Part shown: one piece after another, positions 8,992 through 18,416 of the stretch | Layout of the letters: each line of letters opens with the position of its first letter | Numbering within the stretch: position 1 is the first letter of the stretch | Origin: Patescibacteria group bacterium | GTDB lineage: Bacteria > Patescibacteriota > Patescibacteriia > 2-12-FULL-57-11 | DNA: 64,000 bases | Direction of reading: 5' to 3' | Assembly: GCA_004297205.1 (NCBI GenBank) | Contig: SCUL01000002.1 | Location: forward strand, 381,418 to 445,417 | Notes under the pieces: generated by a model | What the model was told of the DNA's origin: nothing | Seen by the model: only the letters and a program-made list of their open reading frames with translations | Database searches by the model: none | Program-made: the position numbers and the translations under genes

Positions 8992-10287
8992 TTACGGGGT
9001 GAGCCGGTTCAGCAACCGGGGGAAAGGAATGGTTTCGCGGACGTGTTCCAGGCCGCAGATCCAGGCCACGGCGCGCTCCAGCCCGATGCCGAAGCCGGAG
9101 TGCGGCACGCTGCCGTAGCGACGCAGGTCGAGGTACCACTGGAACGCGGCGGGCGGAAGCTGGTGCTCGGCGATGCGCTGCTCGAGGAGCGCCAAGTCGT
9201 CGATGCGCTGGCTGCCGCCGATGACTTCGCCGTAGCCCTCGGGCGCCAGCATGTCGTTGTTGAGCACATGCACCGGATCGGCCGGGTCCGGCTTCATATA
9301 GAAGGCCTTGATGGCCGCCGGGTAGTGGTGGATGAAGATCGGCCGGTCATACTGTTTGGTCAGGATCGTTTCGTCGTCGCCGCCGAAGTCGTCGCCGTCC
9401 TTCATGTCCGAGCCGAGCTTCTGCAGCTGGGCGACGGCGTCCGTGTAATGGATGCGCGGGAACTTCCCCTGCGCCGACGTCTCGAGCGTCTTCGTATCAC
9501 GCTCCAGCGTTTTGAGATCCGCAGCGCGGCGATCAAGCACTCGGCGCAGAATGAAGACCATCATGTCTTCCTGAAGCTGGATGTTTTCCTCCCAATCCAT
9601 GAACGCGGCTTCTGCCTCGAGCATCCAGAATTCGGTCAGGTGGCGGCGCGTCTTGGACTTCTCGGAACGGAAGGTCGGGCCGAAGCAGTAGGTCTTGCGC
9701 AGCGCCGCGCTCGTCGCTTCGAGATACAGCTGCCCGGACTGCGACAGATAGGCCTTGTCGTCAAAATACTTCACCTCAAACAGATCGGTCGTGCCTTCGA
9801 CCGCGTTTGGCGTAAAAATCGGCGAGTCGGTGTTGATGAAGCCGCGCTCGTAGAAGAACTCGCGCATCGCAAAAGCGATCTCGTTGCGGATGCGGAGAAT
9901 CGCTTCTTGGCGCGCCGAACGGATCCAGAGATGACGGTTGTTCAAGAGAAAGTCCGGACCGTGGTCCTTCTTGCCGATCGGGTACTCCGCGGCCACGGAC
10001 ACGACCGTGAGCCCGCTGCCGCTGAGCTCGACGCCGCTCGGCGAGCGCGGCTCGGCTTTGACCGTCCCCGTCACGAGGACCGAGGACTCGATGGTCAGCG
10101 TCTGCAATCCGGCCCAGACCTGCTCCGGCACCTCGGCTTTGGAGTAGACCACCTGCACGCGCCCCGTGCCGTCGCGCAGCTGCAAAAAGAAAATGCTCCC
10201 GGAGGACCGGAAGTTATGGACCCAGCCTTTCAATTCGACGGCCTCCCCCACCTTGCCGCCCACCTCCGACACCAGTGTTTCGGGCAT
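8992..10287 (-). CDS. asnS: Asparaginyl-tRNA synthetase
   Basis: 431 aa. AsnRS signatures present (GGSQRIDD, HSGFGIGLERAVAWI). N-terminal OB fold. Confidence 0.9.
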   Translation of the reverse strand: MPETLVSEVGGKVGEAVELKGWVHNFRSSGSIFFLQLRDGTGRVQVVYSKAEVPEQVWAGLQTLTIESSVLVTGTVKAEPRSPSGVELSGSGLTVVSVAAEYPIGKKDHGPDFLLNNRHLWIRSARQEAILRIRNEIAFAMREFFYERGFINTDSPIFTPNAVEGTTDLFEVKYFDDKAYLSQSGQLYLEATSAALRKTYCFGPTFRSEKSKTRRHLTEFWMLEAEAAFMDWEENIQLQEDMMVFILRRVLDRRAADLKTLERDTKTLETSAQGKFPRIHYTDAVAQLQKLGSDMKDGDDFGGDDETILTKQYDRPIFIHHYPAAIKAFYMKPDPADPVHVLNNDMLAPEGYGEVIGGSQRIDDLALLEQRIAEHQLPPAAFQWYLDLRRYGSVPHSGFGIGLERAVAWICGLEHVRETIPFPRLLNRLTP

Positions 10288-10348
10288 ATTTTCTGGACCA
10301 AAGCCCCTCTATGGTAGGCCGCGGACCCCGGAAACGCAAGGCGGCCGG

Positions 10349-11122
10349 TCAGCTGCGAACCGCGGCCGCGGCCAGCCCGACGTCCCCGAACAAACGCAAA
10401 AGGATGGCCGGATCAACCGTCCCGGAAAACTGGTAGAGCACGTACAGGCCGACGGCGCGATGCACGGTCTTGGCGTCTTCGACCGCGAGCGGCAAGCGCA
10501 CGGCGGAGACGAGCGGCAGGTCGTGGGCGGCGCGCAGATAGGAGAGCGCCTGCGGACTGAGACGTACGGCATCCGGCGGCGCGGGGTGCGCGGCGCACTG
10601 GAACCCGCCGGCCGAAGCCGAGAGCATGGTCGGCGCACCGGCGCAGACGGCGCAGCGCGCCGGATCGGCGGCGAAGCCAAGGATCGTGGAGACCTTCCAG
10701 AGGAACGCATCGCGCAAGAGCAAGCGTTCGGAGACGGTGGCTTCTCCCCCAGCCGCGGCCAGCAATTCGCGAAAGACGGAAAACAGGCGGCGATCCGGCT
10801 CGGCCGGTTTGACGGCGGCGTTCAAAAAACCGGCCAGGCCGAGTGCGAGAACCCGCGCCGACGGGTCGACGGCAAAAGCCGGGTGCGCCTCCATACGATC
10901 GGCGCCCACGACATGGTCGAACTGGCGGCCGGAGACGGCCTCGACGGCAAGCAGCTGCAGCGGTTCAAGCGAACCGGCCAACTTGCTCGTGACTTTGCGG
11001 CTGCCGCGGGCGAGCAGCTCCACCTTGCCGCGGTCGGGGGTCAGCACGCTGTAGAGGCGGTCCGCCTCGCGCAACGGCCGGTAGCCGAGCACGATCCCCG
11101 GCGTGGCGTAGGCGAGCGCCAT
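10349..11122 (-). CDS. recO: DNA repair protein RecO
   Basis: ORF 10349..11260 trimmed to MALAYATPGIVLGYRPLREADRLYSVLTP, a RecO N-terminal OB fold. A C-terminal Cys cluster (CAVCAG...C) is present. Confidence 0.75.
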   Translation of the reverse strand: MALAYATPGIVLGYRPLREADRLYSVLTPDRGKVELLARGSRKVTSKLAGSLEPLQLLAVEAVSGRQFDHVVGADRMEAHPAFAVDPSARVLALGLAGFLNAAVKPAEPDRRLFSVFRELLAAAGGEATVSERLLLRDAFLWKVSTILGFAADPARCAVCAGAPTMLSASAGGFQCAAHPAPPDAVRLSPQALSYLRAAHDLPLVSAVRLPLAVEDAKTVHRAVGLYVLYQFSGTVDPAILLRLFGDVGLAAAAVRS

Positions 11123-11123
11123 A

Positions 11124-11510
11124 CTAGCGCTGCCGGGCGAGCCAGGCGTCGAGGACGGAAGCGGCGGCGAGTGCGTCACGGTCGGCGCGCGATCCCTCGG
11201 CGCGCTGGCGGTCGGCCACGAGCGACGACATGCGTTCGTCTTCGAGCACGATCCGGGCATCGGTCATGTCGCGCAGGTCCGCGGCGAAGGCGTCGATCAG
11301 GTGGGCCATGTGCGCGGCTTCGCCTTTGAGCGTCTTGGGGTAGCCGATGACGATCACGCCGGCGCCTTCCTGCTTGGCGATGTCGGCGATTTCCTGCGCC
11401 AGGTTGCCGCCCGCGATGATCGTCTTCCAAGGACTCGCAATGCGCGTCTCGGTATCGCCGGTCGCGAGGCCGACGCGTCGCGTTCCCCAGTCCATGCCAA
11501 GCACCCTCAT
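11124..11510 (-). CDS. ruvX: Holliday-junction resolvase-like protein YqgF/RuvX
   Basis: 128 aa. MRVLGMDWGTRRVGLATGD is the RNase H-like YqgF signature. Confidence 0.85.
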   Translation of the reverse strand: MRVLGMDWGTRRVGLATGDTETRIASPWKTIIAGGNLAQEIADIAKQEGAGVIVIGYPKTLKGEAAHMAHLIDAFAADLRDMTDARIVLEDERMSSLVADRQRAEGSRADRDALAAASVLDAWLARQR

Positions 11511-12286
11511 ACCGGCAGCGGGGTGATGATGTCGTGGCCCGTTTCCGTGACCACGACCGTGACTTCAAAATGCGCGGCCGGCGAACCGTCGACGGCAACG
11601 ATCGTCCAGTCGTCCGGCAGCGTGTCCACGGCGTAGTCGCCGAGCGTCACCATCGGCTCGATGCACAGCACCATGCCGGGAACGATGCGCACGGGTTTGA
11701 GATGCGGATCGAAATAATTCGGGATGCGCGGATCCTCATGGACCTTGCGGCCGACGCCGTGCCCGACCAGGTCGCGCACCACGCCGTAGCCGTGCTTCTC
11801 GACGTGCGCCTGCACGGCTTTGCCGATGTCGGAAATCATGTTCCCCGGCTTCACCTGCTCAAGCCCGCGCAAAAGCGACTCGCGCGTCACCTGCATGAGC
11901 TTGCGGACATCCTTACCGACCTCGCCGACGGCGACCGTCACCGCCATGTCCGTGCAGAACCCCTTGTAGCGGGCGCCGATGTCGAGCCCGATGATGTCGC
12001 CTTCCGCGAGCGGCCGGGCCGGCACGGCCGGCGCATGCACCACTTCATGGTTGATGGACGTGCACAGCGTCGTCGGAAACGGCCGGTCCGTGGCGCGCGT
12101 CTTGTACCCCAAAAAGGACGGCTCGCCGCCGCCGTCGCGGATCACCTGCGTCGCGATCCGGTCGAGCTCTTCCGTGGTCACGCCCGGACGCACCGCGGCG
12201 GCCGCGGCCGAAAGCGCGCGCGATAACAACGCTCCGCCTTCGCGCAGCACGGCGATCTCCTCGGCCGTTTTAATCATGTCGTTCAT
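11507..12286 (-). CDS. map: Methionine aminopeptidase type I
   Basis: 259 aa with metal-ligand-context motifs of the pita-bread fold (DIIGLDIGARYKGFCTDMAVT, HGVGRKVHE). Confidence 0.9.
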   Translation of the reverse strand: MNDMIKTAEEIAVLREGGALLSRALSAAAAAVRPGVTTEELDRIATQVIRDGGGEPSFLGYKTRATDRPFPTTLCTSINHEVVHAPAVPARPLAEGDIIGLDIGARYKGFCTDMAVTVAVGEVGKDVRKLMQVTRESLLRGLEQVKPGNMISDIGKAVQAHVEKHGYGVVRDLVGHGVGRKVHEDPRIPNYFDPHLKPVRIVPGMVLCIEPMVTLGDYAVDTLPDDWTIVAVDGSPAAHFEVTVVVTETGHDIITPLPV

Positions 12287-12365
12287 GCGGGAAACACGTT
12301 ACCACGCGTATCCGGAACCATAAAGGGCGGACGCAAGGTCCGCCCCTACACGCTCCACGCTCCCC

Positions 12366-13640
12366 CTACACTCCTTCGTAATCGTGCATCTGGATCTGCA
12401 CCTGAATTTGTTTGACGACCTCGATGACGACGGACACGACGATCAGGAGCGACGTGCCGCCGACGAGGAGTGCCGGGTTGCCGGTGGCCTGCTGCAGAAT
12501 GAGCGGCAGCACCGCGATGACGCCCAGGAACAGCGCGCCGGCCAGCGTGATGCGCGTCACGATCGCGCTCAGGTACTGCACCGTGGACTGCCCCGGCCGG
12601 ATGCCCGGGATGAAGCCGCCCTGCTTCTGAATGTTCTCGGCGATCTGTTCGGGCTTGAAGACGATCGCCGTGTAGAAGTAGGTGAAGCCGACGACGAGCG
12701 TGAAGTAGAGCACGGCGTAGACGGTCTGGTTCTGGAACGTCACGATCACCCAGGTCGCGGCATCCTTCAGCCACTGGGCCTTGGCGGTGACGAAGAACTG
12801 GGCCACGACCGGCGGCATGAGCACCACCGAGATGGCGAAGATGATCGGGATGACGCCGGACATGTTCACGCGCAGCGGCAGGTGCGTGCTGGAGCCGCCG
12901 AACAGCCGCGAACCGCGGACCTGCTTGGCGTAGGAGACCGGCACGTTGCGCTGTCCTTCCGTGATGTAGACGACGCCGACGACCGTGGCGACCGCCGTCG
13001 CGGCGAGCGCCGCGAACAGCAAGGCCTGCGAAGAGTCGTAGGTCAGGAGGATCTGCTGGAGCTGCTGCGGCAGGCCGGCCACGATGTTGGCGAAGATGAG
13101 GAGCGAAATGCCGTTGCCCATCTTGCGCTCGGTGATGAGTTCGCCGAGCCACATCAGGAAAACGGAACCCGCAGTCATGGTGATGACCGTGGTAATCCAG
13201 GCGAACAGCGACATGTCGCCGATGATCCCCTGGCCGGACTGGCGCAGGAGGGTCAGGATGCCGACCGCGTTCAGCATGGCGAGGGGCACCGTCGCGTAGC
13301 GCGTCCACTGGTTGATGCGGGCGCGTCCCGCCTCGCCGTCCTTCTGGATTTCCTCGAGCCGCGGCAAGACGATCGTCAGCAGCTGGAAGATGATGGAAGC
13401 CGTGATGTAGGGGCCCACCCCGAGCGAGACCACCGAGAAGTTCTCAATGGCGCCGCCGGAAAACAGTGACAACAGGCCGAGCACCTGGTTCGATTGGAAG
13501 AACAGCCGGAGCTGCTGCGCGTCGACGCCCGGCACGGAAATGTGGGCGAGCACGCGGTACAGCAGGAGCGCGAACGCGATAAAGAGGAGGCCGTTGCGAA
13601 CCTCAGGAACCGTCCAGATTTTACGGAGCTCGCGCCACAT
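12366..13640 (-). CDS. secY: Preprotein translocase subunit SecY
   Basis: 424 aa with about 10 TM helices. Conserved SecY motifs are present (LSLFSGGAIENFSV..., GIRPG). Confidence 0.95.
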   Translation of the reverse strand: MWRELRKIWTVPEVRNGLLFIAFALLLYRVLAHISVPGVDAQQLRLFFQSNQVLGLLSLFSGGAIENFSVVSLGVGPYITASIIFQLLTIVLPRLEEIQKDGEAGRARINQWTRYATVPLAMLNAVGILTLLRQSGQGIIGDMSLFAWITTVITMTAGSVFLMWLGELITERKMGNGISLLIFANIVAGLPQQLQQILLTYDSSQALLFAALAATAVATVVGVVYITEGQRNVPVSYAKQVRGSRLFGGSSTHLPLRVNMSGVIPIIFAISVVLMPPVVAQFFVTAKAQWLKDAATWVIVTFQNQTVYAVLYFTLVVGFTYFYTAIVFKPEQIAENIQKQGGFIPGIRPGQSTVQYLSAIVTRITLAGALFLGVIAVLPLILQQATGNPALLVGGTSLLIVVSVVIEVVKQIQVQIQMHDYEGV

Positions 13641-13641
13641 A

Positions 13642-14127
13642 TCAGTTCTTGGCCTTGGTCTTGGCTTTGGCCTTGTCGGCGGCCGCGGCGAACGTAGCGC
13701 CGCCTGCTTCTGCCGCGGCGCGGGCCGAGCCCGTGAAACGGATGTCCGCGTTGAAGGTCAGCTTCTTGGTAAGTTTGCCCGGCGCGAGCATTTTGGAGGC
13801 GCGGGCGTTGTAGGGAATCAACCCCTTCTTCTTGAGCGTTTTCAGGGAGACGGTTTCACCGGCGGCGTAGGCGCGGTCAATGACCGTGAGACGGACCTCG
13901 ACGGGCGGTACGGCGCGGCTGCGGAAACCGCCGAGCTTGGGCATGGCCTGAACGATGCGCTTCATGCCGAGGCGCTTCAGCCCCTTGCGGCCGCCGGAAC
14001 GGGCCTTCTGCCCCTTCATGCCGCGGGTCGAATAGGTCCCGTGGCCGGACGCGTTGCCGCGTCCGACGCGCTTCTTGCGCTTCGTGGAACCCTTCGCGGG
14101 ATGCAGCGAATGGAGAGTGTGCATCAT
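13642..14127 (-). CDS. rplO: 50S ribosomal protein L15
   Basis: 161 aa. Contains KRVGRGNASGHGTYSTRGMKGQKARSGG. Lies immediately after rpsE, with no rpmD (L30) between them. Confidence 0.9.
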   Translation of the reverse strand: MMHTLHSLHPAKGSTKRKKRVGRGNASGHGTYSTRGMKGQKARSGGRKGLKRLGMKRIVQAMPKLGGFRSRAVPPVEVRLTVIDRAYAAGETVSLKTLKKKGLIPYNARASKMLAPGKLTKKLTFNADIRFTGSARAAAEAGGATFAAAADKAKAKTKAKN

Positions 14128-14136
14128 AGGGGTCGA

Positions 14137-14694
14137 TCAGGCCGTAGCCGGACGGCTGCGGCGCGTGCGGGCCAGCCCGCCGAGCGCCTGCATCGTGGCT
14201 TTGACGTTGTTGATCTTGTTGCCGGAGCCGAGCGACTTGGATACGACGTTCGGCACGCCGGCGATTTCAAGAATCGCGCGTGCGGCGCCGCCGGCTTTGA
14301 TGCCGGTGCCTTTCGGCGCGGGTTTGAGCAAAATCCTCGCGGCCGCGAACTTGGCTTCGATGGCGTGCGGGATGGTTTCACGCACCAGCGGCACCGTGAT
14401 GACCCGCTTCTGCGCCTTGCGCGTGGCCTTGTCGACCGACATCTGGACGTCGGCGCCCTTGGCGACGGCGAAACCGACGCGGCCCTTGCGGTCGCCGACG
14501 ATGACCAGCGCGCGGAAGCGCATGCGCTTGCCGCCCTTGGTGACGCGGGTCACGCGGGACAGCTCCAACGTGCGCGAGTCGAACTCGCGCGGCGCGTCGT
14601 CACGGTCGCGGCGTCCGCCGCGGCCGCCGCCCGGACCGCCGCGGCCCGGACCTCCCCGACCACCCGGCTTGTTTTGATTGGAACTCTGAACCAT
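14137..14694 (-). CDS. rpsE: 30S ribosomal protein S5 (Gly/Arg-rich N-terminal extension)
   Basis: 185 aa. The S5 dsRBD and C-terminal domains are conserved (RVTRVTKGGKRMRFRALVIVGD). Confidence 0.95.
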   Translation of the reverse strand: MVQSSNQNKPGGRGGPGRGGPGGGRGGRRDRDDAPREFDSRTLELSRVTRVTKGGKRMRFRALVIVGDRKGRVGFAVAKGADVQMSVDKATRKAQKRVITVPLVRETIPHAIEAKFAAARILLKPAPKGTGIKAGGAARAILEIAGVPNVVSKSLGSGNKINNVKATMQALGGLARTRRSRPATA

Positions 14695-14701
14695 AGGGAT
14701 A

Positions 14702-15088
14702 TCAGAACGTCAGACCGCCGGCGCGGGCGCCTTCGGCGAGCGCGCGGATGCGGCCATGGTAGCGCTGTCCGCCGCGGTCGAACACCACCGCGGTGACACC
14801 CGCGGCCTTGGCGCGCTCGGCGATGAGCTGGCCGACGGCATAGGCCGCGGCCACTTTGGCGGCCATGCCTTCCGGCGCGGCCACCTTCTTCTTGCCCAGA
14901 TCGGCGTCGCCAGCGGACGCCAGCGTGCGGCGGGCGGCGTCGTCGACAATCTGCGCGCGCATGTGCTTGAGCGAACGGAAGACGGCCAGGCGCGGGCGCT
15001 CAGCCGTGCCGGTCACGCGGGCGCGGATGCGCGCCTTGCGGTGCGCCAGACGGGCGCGCGCGGATTTTTGGGGATTGCGGATACGCAT
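14702..15088 (-). CDS. rplR: 50S ribosomal protein L18
   Basis: 128 aa. Contains [18 protein letters not shown]...AVVFDRGG. Confidence 0.95.
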   Translation of the reverse strand: MRIRNPQKSARARLAHRKARIRARVTGTAERPRLAVFRSLKHMRAQIVDDAARRTLASAGDADLGKKKVAAPEGMAAKVAAAYAVGQLIAERAKAAGVTAVVFDRGGQRYHGRIRALAEGARAGGLTF

Positions 15089-15097
15089 ATGCGTGCG

Positions 15098-15646
15098 TTA
15101 CTTGGCCCCCGCCTTGGCGGCCTTGCCGGCCTTGCGGCGGACGTACTCGTCGACGTACTTGATGCCCTTCCCCTTGTACGGTTCGGGCGGACGGACGGAG
15201 CGGATGCGCGCCGCGGATTCACCGAGCAGTTCTTTGTCGGCCGAGGCGAGCGTGATCAGGTTCTTGTCGACGGACGCGGTCACGCCCTTCGGCAGGTCGA
15301 TCGGCACTTCGTGCGAAAAGCCGACGTCGAGCGTGATCTTGGCGCCGGAACCGGCCACCTTGTAGCCGACGCCGATGACCTCGAGCTTCTTTTCAAAACC
15401 CTTGGTGACGCCCTCCACCATGTTGGCGATGAGATTGCGGAACAGCCCCCACAGCGCGCGGTCGCCCTTCTCCTCGGGGGACGCGACCGTGATGGTGAGT
15501 TCGTTGTTCTCCTGCTTCACCGCGACGTGCGGATGCAGAACACGGGCCAGCTCCCCCTTGGGACCCTTGACCGTGATGTTCGCGCCGTCGAGGCGGACCT
15601 CAACCCCCTGCGGCACCGCGACGGGCATTTTTCCAATGCGGGACAT
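15098..15646 (-). CDS. rplF: 50S ribosomal protein L6
   Basis: 182 aa. Begins MSRIGKMPVAVPQGVEV. Confidence 0.95.
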   Translation of the reverse strand: MSRIGKMPVAVPQGVEVRLDGANITVKGPKGELARVLHPHVAVKQENNELTITVASPEEKGDRALWGLFRNLIANMVEGVTKGFEKKLEVIGVGYKVAGSGAKITLDVGFSHEVPIDLPKGVTASVDKNLITLASADKELLGESAARIRSVRPPEPYKGKGIKYVDEYVRRKAGKAAKAGAK

Positions 15647-15655
15647 AGAGGGAGG

Positions 15656-16048
15656 TTAGTAGACTTCGCAGAGCAATTCACCGCCCACCTTCTGTTTGCG
15701 GGCCTGCGCGCCGCTCATGATGCCGCTCGGCGTCGACAGAATCGCCACGCCGTAGCCGGAGCGCACTTGCGGGATTTCTTTGTAGCCAATGTAGACGCGG
15801 CGGCCCGGCGTCGAGACGCGGGACACGCCGTGGATGGTGCTCTCGCGGCCGTCGTACTTCAGCACGAGGCGGAGCTCCTTTTTGATGTTCTCGCCGCGGG
15901 TTTCGACGGCGGCGATGAACCCTTCCTGCACCAAAATCTGGGCGATGGAGAGCTTCATCCGCGAGTACGGCAAGGTCAGGTCCGGTTTCCGGACCTTGGC
16001 CGCATTACGGATGCGGGTGAGCATGTCAGCGATGGGATCGGTCATCAT
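15656..16048 (-). CDS. rpsH: 30S ribosomal protein S8
   Basis: 130 aa. Begins DPIADMLTRIRNA. Confidence 0.95.
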   Translation of the reverse strand: MMTDPIADMLTRIRNAAKVRKPDLTLPYSRMKLSIAQILVQEGFIAAVETRGENIKKELRLVLKYDGRESTIHGVSRVSTPGRRVYIGYKEIPQVRSGYGVAILSTPSGIMSGAQARKQKVGGELLCEVY

Positions 16049-16078
16049 AGGGTCTGTGGGACGGATGTCGCCAGGCGC

Positions 16079-16264
16079 TTACCAACTGGATTTGGTGACG
16101 CCCGGGATCTCGCCCCGGTTGGCCAGTTCGCGGAAGCAGATGCGGCACAGCTCGAAGGCGCGCATGAAGCCGCGCTTGCGGCCGCAGCGCCAGCACCGGC
16201 GGACCTGCCGAGTCGAAAACTTCGGCTTCCGCTTGGACTTTGCGATTTGGGCTTCCGTAGCCAT
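16079..16264 (-). CDS. rpsZ: 30S ribosomal protein S14, type Z (zinc-binding)
   Basis: 61 aa with a CWRCGRKRG...CRICFRE Cys4 zinc motif. Confidence 0.95.
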   Translation of the reverse strand: MATEAQIAKSKRKPKFSTRQVRRCWRCGRKRGFMRAFELCRICFRELANRGEIPGVTKSSW

Positions 16265-16267
16265 AGC

Positions 16268-16813
16268 TTAGTTCGTTTCCTTAAAGGGGAATCCCAGGAG
16301 CTTGAGGAGGGTGAAGCCTTCCTCGCGCGTCTTGGCCGTGGTGACCACGACCACCTCGAGCCCGTGGAGCCGCTCGACTTCGTCAGGGCGGATCTCCGGG
16401 AAGGCGATGAATTCCTTGAACCCGATGGACAGGTTGCCGCGGCCGTCGAGCGCCTTCGGGGACAATCCCCGGAAGTCGCGCACGCGCGGCAGCGTGATGT
16501 GGATGAGCTTTTCGACGAGCGCCTCCATGCGCTTGCCGCGCAGGGTGACCATGAGCCCGACCGTCATCCCCTTGCGGATCTTGAAGTTGGAGATGGACTT
16601 CTTGGCCAGGGTTTTCACCGGCTGCTGGCCGCTGATGCGGCGCAGGACCTGCTCGGCCGTTTCGGCGAGCTTGGCGTCCTTGCTGCCGGCCGGCAGGCCG
16701 ACGTTCAGGACGACCTTCTCCAGCCGCGGCACTTCGTGCACGTTCTTATAGCCGAACTGCTTCTGCAGCGCCGGCACGACCGTCTTCTTATAGTGTTGTA
16801 CGAGCACGGCCAT
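16268..16813 (-). CDS. rplE: 50S ribosomal protein L5
   Basis: ORF 16268..16831 trimmed to the Met at MAVLVQHYKKTVVPALQKQFGYKNVHEVPRLEKVVLNVGL. Confidence 0.9.
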   Translation of the reverse strand: MAVLVQHYKKTVVPALQKQFGYKNVHEVPRLEKVVLNVGLPAGSKDAKLAETAEQVLRRISGQQPVKTLAKKSISNFKIRKGMTVGLMVTLRGKRMEALVEKLIHITLPRVRDFRGLSPKALDGRGNLSIGFKEFIAFPEIRPDEVERLHGLEVVVVTTAKTREEGFTLLKLLGFPFKETN

Positions 16814-16814
16814 A

Positions 16815-17126
16815 TCAGGCGATGGGTTCACCGGACTTCGCGGCGACGCGGGTCTTCTTCCCGTCGGCGGCGACCTGGATCTTCACGCGGGTCGGCTTCT
16901 GCGTCTTGGGGTCGATCAGCATGACGTTCGACACGTGCAGCGGACCCGAGAACTCGATCTTCTGCCCCTTGGTGCCGGCGCCCCGCGCGCGCACGTGCTT
17001 CGTGGCCACGTTGACGCCTTCAACCACGACCTTCCCGATGTCCGGGAACGTCTGCAGCACCTTGCCCGTCTTTCCTTTGTCCTTGCCCGCGATCACGGTG
17101 ACGCGGTCTCCGGTCTTGATCTTCAT
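16815..17126 (-). CDS. rplX: 50S ribosomal protein L24
   Basis: 103 aa. Begins MKIKTGDRVTVIAGKDKGKTG (KOW domain). Confidence 0.95.
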   Translation of the reverse strand: MKIKTGDRVTVIAGKDKGKTGKVLQTFPDIGKVVVEGVNVATKHVRARGAGTKGQKIEFSGPLHVSNVMLIDPKTQKPTRVKIQVAADGKKTRVAAKSGEPIA

Positions 17127-17134
17127 AAGGGAGG

Positions 17135-17506
17135 TCAGAGCACTTCGGGCGCCAGCGAAACGATCTTGGCGAACCCGGCCGCGCGCAGCTCGCGAGCCAC
17201 CGGCCCGAAGATGCGCGTCCCGCGCGGCTCCTTGGTCGCCTTGTCGATGACGACGCCGGCGTTGTCGTCGAAACGGATGTACGAGCCGTCCTTGCGGCGG
17301 GTCTCCTTGCGCGTGCGCACGAGGACCGCGTGGACGACTTCGCTCTTCTTGACCGTCGCGCGCGGCACCGCCTCTTTGACGACGCAGGTGACGACGGTGG
17401 CCAGGCGGCCATAGCGGCTCTTGTAGCCGCCGAGCACGCGGATCACTTGGAGCAGCTTGGCTCCAGAGTTGTCCGCGACCGCGAGCATGGAACGATGTTG
17501 CACCAT
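17135..17506 (-). CDS. rplN: 50S ribosomal protein L14
   Basis: 123 aa. Contains [10 protein letters not shown]. Confidence 0.95.
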   Translation of the reverse strand: MVQHRSMLAVADNSGAKLLQVIRVLGGYKSRYGRLATVVTCVVKEAVPRATVKKSEVVHAVLVRTRKETRRKDGSYIRFDDNAGVVIDKATKEPRGTRIFGPVARELRAAGFAKIVSLAPEVL

Positions 17507-17516
17507 ATGCTCGGGG

Positions 17517-17795
17517 TTAGGCCTTCACGGCCGGCGACACCAGCCGCCAGCGCTTATCCTTGGAGATCGGCCGGCATTCCTCGAAGATCACTGTCTCGCC
17601 GACTTTGGCGATGCCGAGTTCGTCGTGGACCTTGTACTTCCGGCTCTGCACGAAGCGCTTCAAATACACCGGGTGCTGCTTCATGCGCACCACTTTGACG
17701 ACGGCAGTCTTCTGCATTTTCGTCGACACCACCACCCCGGTGAGCCGACGGCGCCGGGCGACAGTGCCTTGCGGGTTGTGCTTCTCGGTCTTCAT
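17517..17795 (-). CDS. rpsQ: 30S ribosomal protein S17
   Basis: 92 aa. Contains [18 protein letters not shown]. Confidence 0.95.
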   Translation of the reverse strand: MKTEKHNPQGTVARRRRLTGVVVSTKMQKTAVVKVVRMKQHPVYLKRFVQSRKYKVHDELGIAKVGETVIFEECRPISKDKRWRLVSPAVKA

Positions 17796-17803
17796 AGGGG
17801 TGA

Positions 17804-17998
17804 TTAGCGGGCGGCGCGCTCCTTGGCGGCCATCGTTTCGAGGCGGGCGATCAAGGTCCGCACGACGCGGATCTCGCGCACCTTGGTGAGCTTTCCCTGG
17901 TTGGCTTCAAAGCGCAGACGGCGGAGGCGCTCGCGGGCGTGGGCCAGTTCGCGTGCGCGCTCGGCGGCCGTGAGTGCCTGGAGTTCTTTGGTATCCAT
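17804..17998 (-). CDS. rpmC: 50S ribosomal protein L29
   Basis: 64 aa helical protein with an L29 pattern. Confidence 0.9.
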   Translation of the reverse strand: MDTKELQALTAAERARELAHARERLRRLRFEANQGKLTKVREIRVVRTLIARLETMAAKERAAR

Positions 17999-18002
17999 AG
18001 GA

Positions 18003-18413
18003 TCAGCGGATCACGATCCGGGTGGTGACCGGAAGCTTGTAGCCCGCCATCTTCAACGCGGCGCGCGAGACCTCCGGCGTGACGCCGTCCATCTCAAAGA
18101 GCACGGTCCCCGGCCGGACGACGGCGACGTAGTAGTCGACCGCGCCCTTGCCGCCGCCCATGGTGTTTTCGTTGCCGTGGGCGGTGACGGATTTGTCCGG
18201 GAAAATGCGGATCCACATTTTTCCGCCGCGCTTCAGGGAACGCGCGATGGTGCGGCGGGCAGCTTCAATCTGGCGGGAGGTGATCCAGCCGCCTTCGAGC
18301 GCTTTGAGCCCGACCGAGCCGTAGGAGACCGTGGTCTTCTGCGTCGCGGGCCGGTGCATCGCGCTCATCAGCTTGTGCTGCTTGCGGAATTTAACCTTCT
18401 TGGGGACGAACAT
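18003..18413 (-). CDS. rplP: 50S ribosomal protein L16
   Basis: 136 aa. Contains MFVPKKVKFRKQHK...GGGKGAVDYYVAVVRPG. Confidence 0.95.
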   Translation of the reverse strand: MFVPKKVKFRKQHKLMSAMHRPATQKTTVSYGSVGLKALEGGWITSRQIEAARRTIARSLKRGGKMWIRIFPDKSVTAHGNENTMGGGKGAVDYYVAVVRPGTVLFEMDGVTPEVSRAALKMAGYKLPVTTRIVIR

Positions 18414-18416
18414 ACC

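Noticed and set aside
7408-10317. 969-aa plus-strand ORF across aspS/asnS
   Set aside because: Antisense to two well-supported synthetase genes. Composition-driven open frame.
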